A DNA stretch of 64,000 nucleotides from a virus. The first letter of the stretch is position 1, and each line of letters begins with the position of its first letter. The notes beneath the pieces were generated by a model. The model saw nothing but the letters and a program-made list of their open reading frames with translations, made no database searches and had not been told where the DNA came from. Where the stretch lies: IMG/VR virus record IMGVR_UViG_3300047323_000304, positions 64,001 to 128,000 of that record, one strand, 5' to 3'. A program made the position numbers and the translations under genes. Below, in pieces: positions 37,785-47,681 of this stretch.

Positions 37785-38096
37785 TTAATATAAGAAATCC
37801 CATTTATTAATTTTATGTATATGCTCTACTACAAATATTAGATTACTTTTAGTATTCTCAAACAACATATTACCATATGCCATAGGAATTTCTTTAATAT
37901 GTTGTTGTAGATAGCTATCAATCGTTAAATAATAGTCCTTTAATGTTTCTAATGTAACTAATTTAGCTTCACCATATTCTAGTTCTAATATAGATATTAT
38001 CTTCTCATATTTATCTTCTGTAGATTGATTTTTTAGTATAGTTTTATATTCTTCTAATAATTCCTGATATGTATTTACTCTTACCTTATCACTCAT
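37785..38096 (-). CDS. Hypothetical protein
   Basis: RBS AGAGGGTG. Confidence 0.65.
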   Translation of the reverse strand: MSDKVRVNTYQELLEEYKTILKNQSTEDKYEKIISILELEYGEAKLVTLETLKDYYLTIDSYLQQHIKEIPMAYGNMLFENTKSNLIFVVEHIHKINKWDFLY

Positions 38097-38109
38097 TTTA
38101 ACACCCTCT

Positions 38110-38406
38110 TTATTTAATTAAATTTTGAAATTTATAATCTTTTACCATATAATATTCAGAAGTATATTCCCATCCATTATCTCGCTCTACAACTACCCTT
38201 AAATGTTTTTCATCATTTATATCTGCTACAGTAATTTTGCCTTTAGGTTTCATTATTTTTTCCATAGTCCCTACAAATTCTTTCCTAATAGAATTATCAT
38301 TACTTAATATGTATTCCTTAAATTCTTCCCATTTTAAATCTTCAACTTTATACATACAACTTTGGAAATCTTCTTTGCTAATATTGTTTTGAATTATATA
38401 CATCAT
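38110..38406 (-). CDS. Hypothetical protein
   Basis: RBS AAGGTGA. Confidence 0.65.
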   Translation of the reverse strand: MMYIIQNNISKEDFQSCMYKVEDLKWEEFKEYILSNDNSIRKEFVGTMEKIMKPKGKITVADINDEKHLRVVVERDNGWEYTSEYYMVKDYKFQNLIK

Positions 38407-38454
38407 ATCACCTTCTTTAATTAATTTATATTCTTTTTAATTTATTAAACCAAT

Positions 38455-38470
38455 TAAAATTATTCTTTTA
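38455..38470. repeat. TAAAA-N6-TTTTA site (perfect)
   Basis: TAAAA TTATTC TTTTA; contains the stop of a short upstream ORF. Confidence 0.6.
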
Positions 38471-38589
38471 AGATATTGTTAAAAATCTTTTATAGATGCC
38501 TTTAAATACATTTCCTATCTTAATTCCATTTTCATATGTAGAATTTGAATATAATTTTAATGTTTCTAGTTTGCTAATATACATTTATT

Positions 38590-38799
38590 TCACTCTCCTT
38601 TTATTATAAACAACATATTTTTAACAATCTTAACTCCATCTTGAATGTCACCATCAATCCATACCTCTCGAATTATATTCATTGCTTCAAGAGTATCCTT
38701 ATATTCTCCATTTTCCTTTTTTAAGGTTTTATTGTATTTATTCATTATATCTTCTAAAAGTGCTAAAGAATATTTTACACTACTCATTTTGTTCACCAC
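38590..38799 (-). CDS. Hypothetical protein
   Basis: Co-oriented ORF. Confidence 0.6.
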   Translation of the reverse strand: MVNKMSSVKYSLALLEDIMNKYNKTLKKENGEYKDTLEAMNIIREVWIDGDIQDGVKIVKNMLFIIKGE

Positions 38800-38806
38800 C
38801 TTTTAC

Positions 38807-39208
38807 TTATAATTTAAATAATTTCTTAACTAATTTTCTAATACCTTTAATATCAGGATGATTTTTATACCATAACTTAATTTCTTCTGTGAGTTCTTGT
38901 TTTAATTTTTCTTTTTGTTCATTATCTTCAATGATATTAGAGCAACATTCATATAGTACATTATCTTTGGAAGTTCTTATAATTCCTCTTATTTTTACCA
39001 ATTTATTATCTTCTTCTATGTAAAAACTTTCTCCAGATTTCAATAATGGCATAGCTAAATTACATTCGAATTTATATTCTTCAGCTATTTCTTCTTGTTT
39101 GGAATGTATATACCTATTTGGCTTACTATCATCGTCATATTCTTTTTCATAAGTTTCTTTGAATTGTTTTTGTTTGAAAATACTTTTCTTTACTATAAAC
39201 TCTTCCAT
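38807..39208 (-). CDS. Hypothetical protein
   Basis: RBS AAAGGAGA. Confidence 0.7.
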   Translation of the reverse strand: MEEFIVKKSIFKQKQFKETYEKEYDDDSKPNRYIHSKQEEIAEEYKFECNLAMPLLKSGESFYIEEDNKLVKIRGIIRTSKDNVLYECCSNIIEDNEQKEKLKQELTEEIKLWYKNHPDIKGIRKLVKKLFKL

Positions 39209-39273
39209 TATTTATTTCTCCTTTATTCTCTTTATTTTATTTATTATAACTTGTACCACTTAGGTACTTCTTT

Positions 39274-39302
39274 AGTTTAACATAATTTTCTTTCTTTGTA
39301 AA
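39274..39302 (-). promoter_or_regulatory. Sigma-A promoter TTTACA-N17-TAAACT
   Basis: Preceded by AAAATAAAAAGAATACTA. Confidence 0.6.
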
Positions 39303-39519
39303 TAGTATTCTTTTTATTTTATCTTACTTAGATATTGGAGTTTCAAAAACAACTTTTATTGGTTCTTTTCCTATACTAGAAAATACTGTTCTGTCATTAT
39401 ACATTACAACTTTTGTACCTGAATTATGACTTTCTACCATAGTTGTAACTTTGTCATCTTCCATAATTACTGTTGATTTACTCATTATCATTCACTTCCT
39501 TTATTTAATTATTTAAGCT

Positions 39520-39653
39520 ATAATTTGCTTAAAAGAACAGGCTAATTTACCATTTAGCTAATGTTCTCCGATATTAAATTTAATATCTACCCTTGAAATG
39601 TTCTATTTCTATTTGAGTATTTCTACTCTTTTAAGCAAACTGTTCTTTACTAC
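39520..39653 (-). ncRNA. Candidate multi-branched structured RNA / 5' leader
   Basis: 13-bp closing stem (39524-39536/39627-39639) enclosing four hairpins, directly downstream of the promoter at 39660-39688. Confidence 0.45.
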
Positions 39654-39659
39654 TATCTT

Positions 39660-39688
39660 AGTATAATCTATCCAATTCTTATTGTCAA
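39660..39688 (-). promoter_or_regulatory. Sigma-A promoter TTGACA-N17-TATACT
   Basis: Preceded by ATAAATTAAAAAGAATAC and the palindrome at 39717-39732. Confidence 0.7.
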
Positions 39689-39716
39689 GTATTCTTTTTA
39701 ATTTATCTTGTTTTGA

Positions 39717-39732
39717 TAAAACAGACTTTTTA
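39717..39732. repeat. TAAAA-N6-TTTTA site (perfect)
   Basis: TTTGA TAAAA CAGACT TTTTA, upstream of the promoter at 39660-39688. Confidence 0.65.
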
Positions 39733-39900
39733 ACAACTCTTTATCCTTAAAAACTAGAGTATTTGCAAGCATTCAGTAGTATGAGTGAGGTTTAAAATTC
39801 ATATTTTTGTATTTTTATGTATTTTGACTTGTACACCTTGGCACTATTTCATTATAATGCCAAGATTATACAATATCATGTATTATTTTTATTTTGTCTT

Positions 39901-40293
39901 TTAGTTATCTAGTTCATCAATTCTTTTTTGAATTTCTTCTGCTGACATATTCTTTAAATTATCATCTTTTTTCGATGCTAGAAGTTCCAATAGTTTTTGT
40001 TTTTCTTCTCTCTTAGCTTTAGCATCAACCTTTGACTTCTCTTCTTCAAGTTTAGTTTTAACTATATATTTTACAATTTCAATTTTTATATCTAATTCTT
40101 CATCCTGTTTTGTTTTCGTATCTAATAGGCTTTCCTCTTTTACTTCTTTTAATTGTGCATTCAACCCTTTGAAAATTGTATCTAAATCTCTTACAGTTAA
40201 GTCCCACAAAGACTCTACAGATTGTAACCCCTTAAACTCGAATCTAAATTTTCCTCTTATTGCTACCTCAAACATATTTTTATCATTATTCAT
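39901..40293 (-). CDS. Conserved phage protein, partner of the upstream 683-aa ORF
   Basis: MFEVAIRGKFRFEFKGLQSVESLWDL...LDTIFK; coiled-coil C-terminus. Confidence 0.7.
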   Translation of the reverse strand: MNNDKNMFEVAIRGKFRFEFKGLQSVESLWDLTVRDLDTIFKGLNAQLKEVKEESLLDTKTKQDEELDIKIEIVKYIVKTKLEEEKSKVDAKAKREEKQKLLELLASKKDDNLKNMSAEEIQKRIDELDN

Positions 40294-40327
40294 TTTACAT
40301 CATTCTCCTTCTTCTTTATATTATTTA

Positions 40328-42379
40328 TTAAAATTTTATTTTTAGTGTTCTTTCTGTTTGACCTTTAACCTTGACAATTAATTCATTTCTCTTTGTTGAA
40401 CTAAATCCTAATCCTGATAACTGATCTTCTACATCTTCTACTCTCATTTTACTACCTAGTGCCTCAAAAACTCTTTTATGTTTCATTAAATCTTCTTTCA
40501 AGAATTCGTTGTAAAATCCATTAGGTTGTTCTGGATTTACACAATCCTTTAACATAAACATATAATGTCTATGACCGATTCCATCTTGTTCATTCCAATA
40601 GTTAGGTGAATAACACATAACTGAAACTGGTACAAAATTATTTGTTTTTAAGTTCCATACGTCTTTTGATGATACACTTGATGGTAATTTTTCTTTAATT
40701 GTAAATCCTGTATTTTTATTAAAATTAACTTCTGCTACTTGAACATTTTCACCTTGTCTTAATTCTTTATTGTACTCAAAAGAGAATACTTGCCCATCAA
40801 ATTCAATTTCTGCTTTAAATCCTGTTCTTCCACCTCTGTTAGTAAAGTTATGAACAAAGAATTTATATGTTCCTTCTTCCATTCTATCTCTATCAGTCCA
40901 TGTTATATTTTCAACTGCTGGAACATTTCTATCTGGATTAATTATATCCACGTCTAATTGTCCTGTAGTATATCTATTTACTTTACTACTATAATAAATT
41001 TCATTTCCACTTGGTTCATAACAATGAGCGTCTAAATCATTTCCATCATATTCATTATCATTCCATTGAATTGAAAATCTTAATACCCCTTCTACATTTC
41101 CACCTGCTGATTTAACTCTGTCTTTCATTGAACTATCTGTTATATTTCCTGAATAAGCCCAACTAAAGTTGTTATCCCACTTAAACATTGTTTTACTATT
41201 TATATCTTTAGGTGCTATAAGTGATACCATATTACCACTATGTTTATTTTCTAAGTATACTTCAATTTCTTTAGCTGTTGGTAATACACCATTTACAAAA
41301 CTATCTATTGAAATTTCTTCAACTTTTGAGAATTTTTTAGGATTAGTAGATACTTCACTTAGCATTTCATCAAATACATTTGCATTAGATATTCTCTTTG
41401 CAGAATCCTTGTTAGAGAATAATATATTATTTACTGTTATATCATCTAATGTTGCATATCTTCTGCCTAATGAGTCCATATAACCAAGTTCTTGTATAGT
41501 TTTTTGTGCATCTTCTAGCATTTTCTTTGTAAATATTGCTTTTGGACGTTTATAATTGCTAGGAGCTACAATGACTTCATATTTTTTTACTGCTGTATCT
41601 AAATCCATTCCTTCGCTTACATTTATAAGTAGTGTTCCTATAGAATGATTTCTTATTCTTCCAATTGCCCCACCAGCTTTTACTGATTGTTCCCATGCAT
41701 AAATTTCTTTTTCTTCTTGTGTTTGTAATTTATCATAAACTTTCTTGTATTTAAGGAATTCAGTTAAAACACCTTTCCATTCTTCACCTTTATATAAAGT
41801 GTTTGAAGATATTAATTCTAATATAGTTAAAATTGATTCTTCTGTAATTTCATCTAAAGACCTTTTGAATACATTTCTTGTATCTCTATATCCACCTTTT
41901 ATATCACCTTCTGATCTCGCACTTGAATCAACAAATCTGTCTGGTAATTCTAAGTAGAAATGTTGCCATTCCATTATGTTTCCATTTGCTAATTGTTCAA
42001 AGTTTTTATCTGTTCCAATCTTTTTCATTTTACTAACATAAATATCTGTAATAGCTTTTGATTTAACATATTCAGATAATGCATCTGCCACAGGTTGGAA
42101 AGTTGTACTATTTGTTTCAAAATCCCATATTGTAGTAACCGTATTGTCTTTAACAACAACTGCATTTCCAAGTGTTTTTATAAATTGTCTGCAACAACTA
42201 CAATCATATTCTCTTCTTTCTCTGTAAAGTTCATTAGTACCTTCTGGGAAGCTATCCAAGTATAAGTTCCATAATTCGTCTTTGTCTACATTCACCTCAA
42301 ATAACTTGTCTGCATCTTTTGATACCTTTGCAAAATTTTCTTGTAATCCTTTTTTAAATTGTTTGAATTGATCTTCCAT
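40328..42379 (-). CDS. Large conserved phage protein with YfaP/DUF2135-like C-terminal domain
   Basis: HDC-like [10 protein letters not shown]; [16 protein letters not shown]...LDVDI...VENITW. Confidence 0.7.
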   Translation of the reverse strand: MEDQFKQFKKGLQENFAKVSKDADKLFEVNVDKDELWNLYLDSFPEGTNELYRERREYDCSCCRQFIKTLGNAVVVKDNTVTTIWDFETNSTTFQPVADALSEYVKSKAITDIYVSKMKKIGTDKNFEQLANGNIMEWQHFYLELPDRFVDSSARSEGDIKGGYRDTRNVFKRSLDEITEESILTILELISSNTLYKGEEWKGVLTEFLKYKKVYDKLQTQEEKEIYAWEQSVKAGGAIGRIRNHSIGTLLINVSEGMDLDTAVKKYEVIVAPSNYKRPKAIFTKKMLEDAQKTIQELGYMDSLGRRYATLDDITVNNILFSNKDSAKRISNANVFDEMLSEVSTNPKKFSKVEEISIDSFVNGVLPTAKEIEVYLENKHSGNMVSLIAPKDINSKTMFKWDNNFSWAYSGNITDSSMKDRVKSAGGNVEGVLRFSIQWNDNEYDGNDLDAHCYEPSGNEIYYSSKVNRYTTGQLDVDIINPDRNVPAVENITWTDRDRMEEGTYKFFVHNFTNRGGRTGFKAEIEFDGQVFSFEYNKELRQGENVQVAEVNFNKNTGFTIKEKLPSSVSSKDVWNLKTNNFVPVSVMCYSPNYWNEQDGIGHRHYMFMLKDCVNPEQPNGFYNEFLKEDLMKHKRVFEALGSKMRVEDVEDQLSGLGFSSTKRNELIVKVKGQTERTLKIKF

Positions 42380-42509
42380 AATAACATCTCCCTTTATTTT
42401 ATGTATTTAATTATTTTTAATTTATCAAATATACTTTAATATATTTGTTTATAAGCACCAGTTAAGATGTTCATAAACCTACATATTATTTTGTTTACTT
42501 TCTGTTATT

Positions 42510-42538
42510 AGTATAAACTTTCCATTATTGAATGTCAA
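42510..42538 (-). promoter_or_regulatory. Sigma-A promoter TTGACA-N17-TATACT
   Basis: Upstream of the 683-aa ORF; downstream of the palindrome at 42571-42586. Confidence 0.7.
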
Positions 42539-42570
42539 TACTTTTTAACATTATTTTTAATTTATTAACT

Positions 42571-42586
42571 TAAAACATACCTTTTA
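42571..42586. repeat. TAAAA-N6-TTTTA site (perfect)
   Basis: TAAAA CATACC TTTTA CTTGC. Confidence 0.65.
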
Positions 42587-42758
42587 CTTGCTTTTTGTAA
42601 TTTTAGAATGGGGCTATTACTAGGTTGTAGCTTTTAAGTTTTTATCATTTTTCTTTTATGTAAGTGGTAAAGTTGTGATTCTTTACCACTTGTTAAATTA
42701 AGTTTATCATAATGCTTTTTGTCTATATTCTCTTTATTTTATTTTTAATTATATTTCA

Positions 42759-42986
42759 CTATACTACTTCTAAGTATTCACACCCATATCCACCTAAATT
42801 TAATTCTTCAATAATCTCCTCTAATCTTTTATAGTTTTCTGAGAACTTAGTATTTTCTTTTAAATCTTCTTTGTCAAAATAAATCATTAAACTATTAAAT
42901 TCTGGATTTATTTTTGCTTTAAATTTTCCTCTATATGTTTCTTTTAAACCTTGTTCAATTTCATTTTCATATTTTGTATAATTCAT
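42759..42986 (-). CDS. Hypothetical protein
   Basis: Downstream of the promoter at 43033-43061. Confidence 0.6.
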   Translation of the reverse strand: MNYTKYENEIEQGLKETYRGKFKAKINPEFNSLMIYFDKEDLKENTKFSENYKRLEEIIEELNLGGYGCEYLEVV

Positions 42987-43032
42987 AACTATTCTCTCAT
43001 TTAATTATATTTTGTCCACTTGGTATATTTAT

Positions 43033-43061
43033 ATATTACTACCAATCATTTCATCTGTCAA
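43033..43061 (-). promoter_or_regulatory. Sigma-A promoter TTGACA-N17-TAATAT
   Basis: Consensus match with A-rich upstream element. Confidence 0.6.
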
Positions 43062-43274
43062 CACTTTTATTAATATTATTTTTATTTTATCTCTTAGGTG
43101 TACATTTCTGCATTCTAGTCATTAATTCAGCTAATGTCACATTTTCTCCTTTTGTATATAATCCTAATTCAATAAGCATTTGCCCTATTGTTTTATTAGA
43201 TTTAAAATTTATTTTATTTAATAATTCATTTACCATATCTTTTTCACTGATATTCATTGTTTATAATTACCTCC

Positions 43275-43705
43275 TTAAAAGTCTTCAATTTCCCATTCAT
43301 CTCTCAACTTTAAAATATCTTTTATTGCTTTAGAATTATTGTTTAAGAACTTTTTAGCATATTTATCAGCAGACTTTTCATCTGTATATCCATTAAGCAT
43401 TATATCATCTCTATGTTTGAGTTCATGTAATAAAACACCTATACCATATAGCCTTTTATCTTCAATATTACCTTCTAGATTATAAAGCTTTATCATTACC
43501 TTATCAAACTCTTCGTTATAAGATCCTTCACAATTATAAGTTAGAATAAAACGAATATAATCAATTATACTTTTAGATTTAATATATCTATTTTCTTTTC
43601 CAGTACTATTAAATTTACTTCATCTAGATCTCTAAACTTAGTCAATTTTAATACTTTATATAGTTGTTTATTAGTTATAATATTTTGATTATTAATTATT
43701 CTCAT
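43275..43705 (-). pseudogene. Frameshifted ImmA/IrrE-like zinc metallopeptidase
   Basis: RBS AGAGGTG plus ATG at 43705; stops at 43565. The -1 frame continues SIIDYIRF...NCEGSY...LLHELKH...EKSADKYA (HExxH...E). Confidence 0.55.
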
Positions 43706-43716
43706 AAACTACACCT

Positions 43717-44265
43717 CTATACATATTTCCATACTAGTTTATACACTGTTCCATCATCAAGAACAATTTTCCCTGATGATTTAAGTTCACTTTTACAACA
43801 CTTATTTATACTTCCAGCATTTACATTATAATATCTACTAGCATCAGTAACACATTTAAATTCTTTGTTAGTAGTTGTACATATTACTGGTTGTTTATCT
43901 TTTTTATATGTCTCTATTAATTTGGGTATATTTCTTGAAAATACATATAAATTTTCTGGTTTGTTATCCTCTCCTTTATTATTTTTGTGACGAATTATCA
44001 AATCATTATTATAGATATCAAATTCAGGATTAAACGCCTTATAAACTAATCGAGCTAGTGAATAGGTTATTTTAATACCATCTTTAGATAAATTCACTTT
44101 AGCTATCCCATATGTATCTAATCTAGCATTTAATAATCTTTCTTTAGTAAAATACTTTTTTCCTTCAATTGTATGTATTATTCGATTAAGGCTTTTAATA
44201 TTACCTAGATTAGATACTTTATAAATCCCTTCATATTCAAAAACATCTTTCCAAATTTCTTTCAT
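43717..44265 (-). CDS. NUMOD4-HNH homing endonuclease
   Basis: EIWKDVFEYEGIYKVSNLGNIKS, IRHKNNKGEDNKPENL, C-terminal DNA-binding helix motif. Confidence 0.85.
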   Translation of the reverse strand: MKEIWKDVFEYEGIYKVSNLGNIKSLNRIIHTIEGKKYFTKERLLNARLDTYGIAKVNLSKDGIKITYSLARLVYKAFNPEFDIYNNDLIIRHKNNKGEDNKPENLYVFSRNIPKLIETYKKDKQPVICTTTNKEFKCVTDASRYYNVNAGSINKCCKSELKSSGKIVLDDGTVYKLVWKYV

Positions 44266-44345
44266 ACTATAGAATCACTTCCTTATTTATAGTATAACAA
44301 ATATATAGTATTTTAATCAATTATAAATACTATATTAAGACCCTC

Positions 44346-44361
44346 TAAAAGACATCTTTTA
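44346..44361. repeat. TAAAA-N6-TTTTA site (perfect)
   Basis: TAAAA GACATC TTTTA, after the stop at 44374. Confidence 0.65.
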
Positions 44362-44373
44362 ACAAGACAGAGA

Positions 44374-44999
44374 TTATAGAATTACTTTATCCAACATGTC
44401 TACTTCAACAATTTCATAATCTCTGTAGCCATAATTATTTAATATATACTCTCTAATTAAATCTTCATCATCTGCTCCATTAGGTATATCTATTTGTTCT
44501 ACTTTAATTCTAATATTGTCTACATATTCTCTATTACTAAATACTATACAATAATCACGATATACTTTATTTTCGTATGTATTATCACTCATTATGGAGT
44601 GTCGCCAACAAAACCGACAAAACCCACGCTAAGACAAAAAATTGGGTATAAATTAGAGTTTTTACCTACGTTAATCCATTTATAATCGCAAATAAGTATC
44701 ATAAAGGTTAAATTCAAGTTGTTTTGATACTTTGTTTTTGGTAATAGTTTTGGAGCTGAAAATTAGTTATAATCCCACAGTTTTAGAGACTTTAAAAATA
44801 GTGCTAAAAACGAGGGTTTATGGAACTATATACCTTAGCGTGGGATTTGTCGGAAATGTTGGCTACACCCCATAATATCTTTAATTAATAAATCCAATTT
44901 TTCTTCATCGTCAGTGCTTAATTTATATTTTTGAGTCATATCATCTAGACTCTTTTGACATTCTTGTTTTATATGTTCAAATAACTCATCTATATCCAT
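44374..44999 (-). pseudogene. Hypothetical gene (~114 aa) split by MITE insertion
   Basis: RBS GAGGTG plus ATG at 44999: MDIDELFEH...LIKDIM | element | (I)MSDNTYENK...; the halves rejoin in frame when the element and one TSD copy are removed. Confidence 0.75.
44596..44871. mobile_element. Tn3-family miniature element (MITE/TIME), 276 bp
   Basis: 38-bp imperfect TIRs GGAGTGTCGCCAACAAAACCGACAAAACCCACGCTAAG / GGGGTGTAGCCAACATTTCCGACAAATCCCACGCTAAG with the GGGG...ACGCTAAG Tn3/Tn4430 signature; 5-bp flanks ATTAT/ATAAT (4/5 TSD); no transposase. Confidence 0.85.
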
Positions 45000-45003
45000 A
45001 ACA

Positions 45004-45261
45004 TTACACCTCACTATTTAATAAATTAACAATTTCTAAAACTTTAATTCTTGCAGAGTTTTCAGTTAGTTTAGTATGAAAATCATATTCCCTATCTTCT
45101 AAAATACACAAAGCTTCAATCCAACCTAATCCACCACGTTCTGCCAACCTTTTTAATGTTTGACTATGATTTCTAATTGCTTGTTTTTCATGTGGTTTTA
45201 CTATATCTAATGGAATATATTCTTTTGGATTTGAACCTAGTATTGGAAATTTATGTTCCAT
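45004..45261 (-). CDS. Conserved small phage protein
   Basis: FPIL...PHEKQAIRNHSQTLKRLAERGGL. Confidence 0.7.
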   Translation of the reverse strand: MEHKFPILGSNPKEYIPLDIVKPHEKQAIRNHSQTLKRLAERGGLGWIEALCILEDREYDFHTKLTENSARIKVLEIVNLLNSEV

Positions 45262-45738
45262 TTAATCTTCACTTCTTTCAATATTTAACTTTTCTAATAT
45301 TTTACTTACAGTTAATTCCTTTAAATCATCAAAGTCAGAATACATTCCTTCATTTATTTTATATTCAAATAATAAATATTTCTTACTTCTTTCTTTAGAT
45401 TGGTCATAGACATACATCTTACAACTGTCTTCATCTTTTTGTTGATAATCTATTCTTAATGGGCAATATGATGATTTATTCTTGTCCACTTTAAATACTA
45501 CTGCTAAAAATACTTGATTATCTGTCATTATATTATCTGAGCCTGTAATTGTTGGAATATCTAAAAATAAACCACTTTTACTAAATCTATCTTTAGGTAA
45601 TTCTTCCAAGTCAAAGAAGTTATCAGGTACAACTTGACTCAATACAGATAAACCTCTAAAACAAAATTTATCTATTGTAGATTTATCATAACTCTTGTTT
45701 TCTTTTAATTCTTTTATTATTGTTGATATATTTTTCAC
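45262..45738 (-). CDS. Hypothetical protein
   Basis: Co-oriented ORF with RBS. Confidence 0.65.
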   Translation of the reverse strand: MKNISTIIKELKENKSYDKSTIDKFCFRGLSVLSQVVPDNFFDLEELPKDRFSKSGLFLDIPTITGSDNIMTDNQVFLAVVFKVDKNKSSYCPLRIDYQQKDEDSCKMYVYDQSKERSKKYLLFEYKINEGMYSDFDDLKELTVSKILEKLNIERSED

Positions 45739-45786
45739 TTATATCATTCCTTTCTTTTTTACTTAATATAATTTATTAACTTACAA

Positions 45787-45802
45787 TAAAATACATTTTT
45801 TA
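45787..45802. repeat. TAAAA-N6-TTTTA site (perfect)
   Basis: TAAAA TACATT TTTTA, intergenic. Confidence 0.6.
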
Positions 45803-45825
45803 AATGCTTGTCTAAGATTACGCAA

Positions 45826-46020
45826 TTATATTTTTTCTAAGTCTAATCCTATCAATATTAATTTAGTAATACAGTCACTAATCTTATTTGTTTCATAAAA
45901 TACCTTTTTAATTAAATAATTTTTGCCATCAAATATGATATCCTCGTCTTTTCTTGGCACTATTGGACTTTCAAAGCAACCAATACAACGCTCATTATAA
46001 TATAAGTTTATTTTTAACAT
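45826..46020 (-). CDS. Hypothetical protein
   Basis: RBS GGGAGG. Confidence 0.6.
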   Translation of the reverse strand: MLKINLYYNERCIGCFESPIVPRKDEDIIFDGKNYLIKKVFYETNKISDCITKLILIGLDLEKI

Positions 46021-46041
46021 AACATATAATCCTCCCTTAAT

Positions 46042-46064
46042 TACTGTGTAAAATCTACACAGTA
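46042..46064. terminator. Intergenic 9-bp hairpin
   Basis: TACTGTGTA-AAATC-TACACAGTA. Confidence 0.4.
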
Positions 46065-46068
46065 CAAA

Positions 46069-46251
46069 TTAATACTTTTTAATTTCTTTATTTAATTCTT
46101 TAATTTCATCTTTGCATTTTTGAATTTGATTTGTAATCCATTGTGCTTCTATATAATCATCTTCTGTTAGATATAATACATCTTCTTGAAAACTTTTTAT
46201 TTCCTCTGTTAGTATTTTAATTTTCTCAACAATTAATCTTCTTCCATCCAT
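46069..46251 (-). CDS. Small coiled-coil protein
   Basis: Co-oriented ORF. Confidence 0.55.
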   Translation of the reverse strand: MDGRRLIVEKIKILTEEIKSFQEDVLYLTEDDYIEAQWITNQIQKCKDEIKELNKEIKKY

Positions 46252-46690
46252 ACTCTTATCCCCTTTTTACACATTATCTCCTGATACAATACATTTTTTT
46301 ATATAGTAATTAATTTTCTTTTCTTCATTTCTTTTAAACATAATTTGCAAGTGACTTTTTCTTTATTTAAAGTTGCCTCTTGTCTTTGATAACCACAAAT
46401 AGTACCACTTCCTATTCTGTAATCATTTGGTATTTTAGAATCATGGTCTAAATCTAAATAATGAATTTTACTCAAATTAATTCACCCTCTTTAATTAATT
46501 TACTCTATTATAAAATTTTATAAATTCATGTTTTAACATTTTAAATTCGTCACTATTTAATTGTTTGAACTGTTCTTTGTTTAATTTCTTTTCAATAATT
46601 AACCATTCATAAAAGAAATACTCTATTTGATTCATAATACGTTCCCCCTTCTTACTAATTTGTTGATAAAACTAATATTTGATTTAGATT

Positions 46691-46924
46691 TTATCCTTCA
46701 TATTCTATATTCAATTCTTTTGCTAATTGTTTAAAAATTCTTTCTAAATCTTCTATGTCATCTTGTTCCTCATCAAATTGAAACGTAAAATATGATTGAC
46801 TTCCGTCGTCTAAAAACCATGTAAAAGGAAATCCAAAAGTTTTTATAGTCCAACTATATGTTGGAGTTTTATTTTCCACATAATATTTCATTAATAAAAA
46901 AGTTTTAAAATTTAAACTATCCAC
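46691..46924 (-). CDS. Hypothetical protein
   Basis: Overlaps the upstream stop. Confidence 0.6.
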   Translation of the reverse strand: MDSLNFKTFLLMKYYVENKTPTYSWTIKTFGFPFTWFLDDGSQSYFTFQFDEEQDDIEDLERIFKQLAKELNIEYEG

Positions 46925-47220
46925 TATTCTTCCTCCTCAAACCAAATAATTTGAAAATGTTCTTTGAATTTCGCATCTTGATACCAGTCTTGGTCATGCC
47001 ACATTATTCCATCAGAGCCTTTAAAATCACCATCCTTATTTTTTCTAAAGTCTTTAAATTCTTTTGTTGGATTTATTGTAGCTAATACATATTCATAATA
47101 ATTGTGATAATATACTAGATATATTGTATCTTTATTGTTTTCATTACATTCAACCTCATATATGTATCCCGTTTTAAATATTTCATGGTCTTTTATACAT
47201 TTAATTTTATTACTATACAT
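46924..47220 (-). CDS. Hypothetical protein
   Basis: RBS AGGAGA. Confidence 0.65.
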   Translation of the reverse strand: MYSNKIKCIKDHEIFKTGYIYEVECNENNKDTIYLVYYHNYYEYVLATINPTKEFKDFRKNKDGDFKGSDGIMWHDQDWYQDAKFKEHFQIIWFEEEE

Positions 47221-47234
47221 CTTCTTTTTCTCCT

Positions 47235-47630
47235 TTATTCTTCTAAAATTTTATATATTAATATAGATTCTTTTAAGTCCTTCATCTTTTTATACATTAT
47301 TAATAATTGCTTTTGTATTTTTGTTTTAGTTTTCTTTTCTTCTAACTTTTTGATATTATTATTTAATGTATTTATATCCTCTATAATTTTTTCTTTAGTG
47401 GCTTTCTTAAAGCTATCACTCATTACATTGTCCAGCATATCATCATATTCTTTGTACTTTTTATCTAAATTACCTATAAGTTCGTCAACTATTCTACTAG
47501 ATGATATCACATTACTAAAATATAATTTTAATAAGTCCTTATCTATATCTTGATTAGAACAATACATGTCTGAAATTTTACTTATAGAATAACCTAGATC
47601 ATTATTTATTTCTATTAATTTATTACGCAT
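47235..47630 (-). CDS. Hypothetical coiled-coil protein
   Basis: RBS AAGGAGTG. Confidence 0.65.
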   Translation of the reverse strand: MRNKLIEINNDLGYSISKISDMYCSNQDIDKDLLKLYFSNVISSSRIVDELIGNLDKKYKEYDDMLDNVMSDSFKKATKEKIIEDINTLNNNIKKLEEKKTKTKIQKQLLIMYKKMKDLKESILIYKILEE

Positions 47631-47681
47631 TCAATACACTCCTTCTAATTCTTAATAATATATTCCTTTCATGCAAACTTA

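Noticed and set aside
39245-39275. CTAAGTGGTA resembling part of a clostridial type I-B CRISPR repeat (a similar 9-mer occurs at ~42661)
   Set aside because: Only 9-10 nt match, there is no array or spacer periodicity, and both are explained as local hairpins.
42662-42691. 11-bp hairpin AAGTGGTAAAG/CTTTACCACTT
   Set aside because: No U-tract on either strand and no other copy; cannot be assigned a function.
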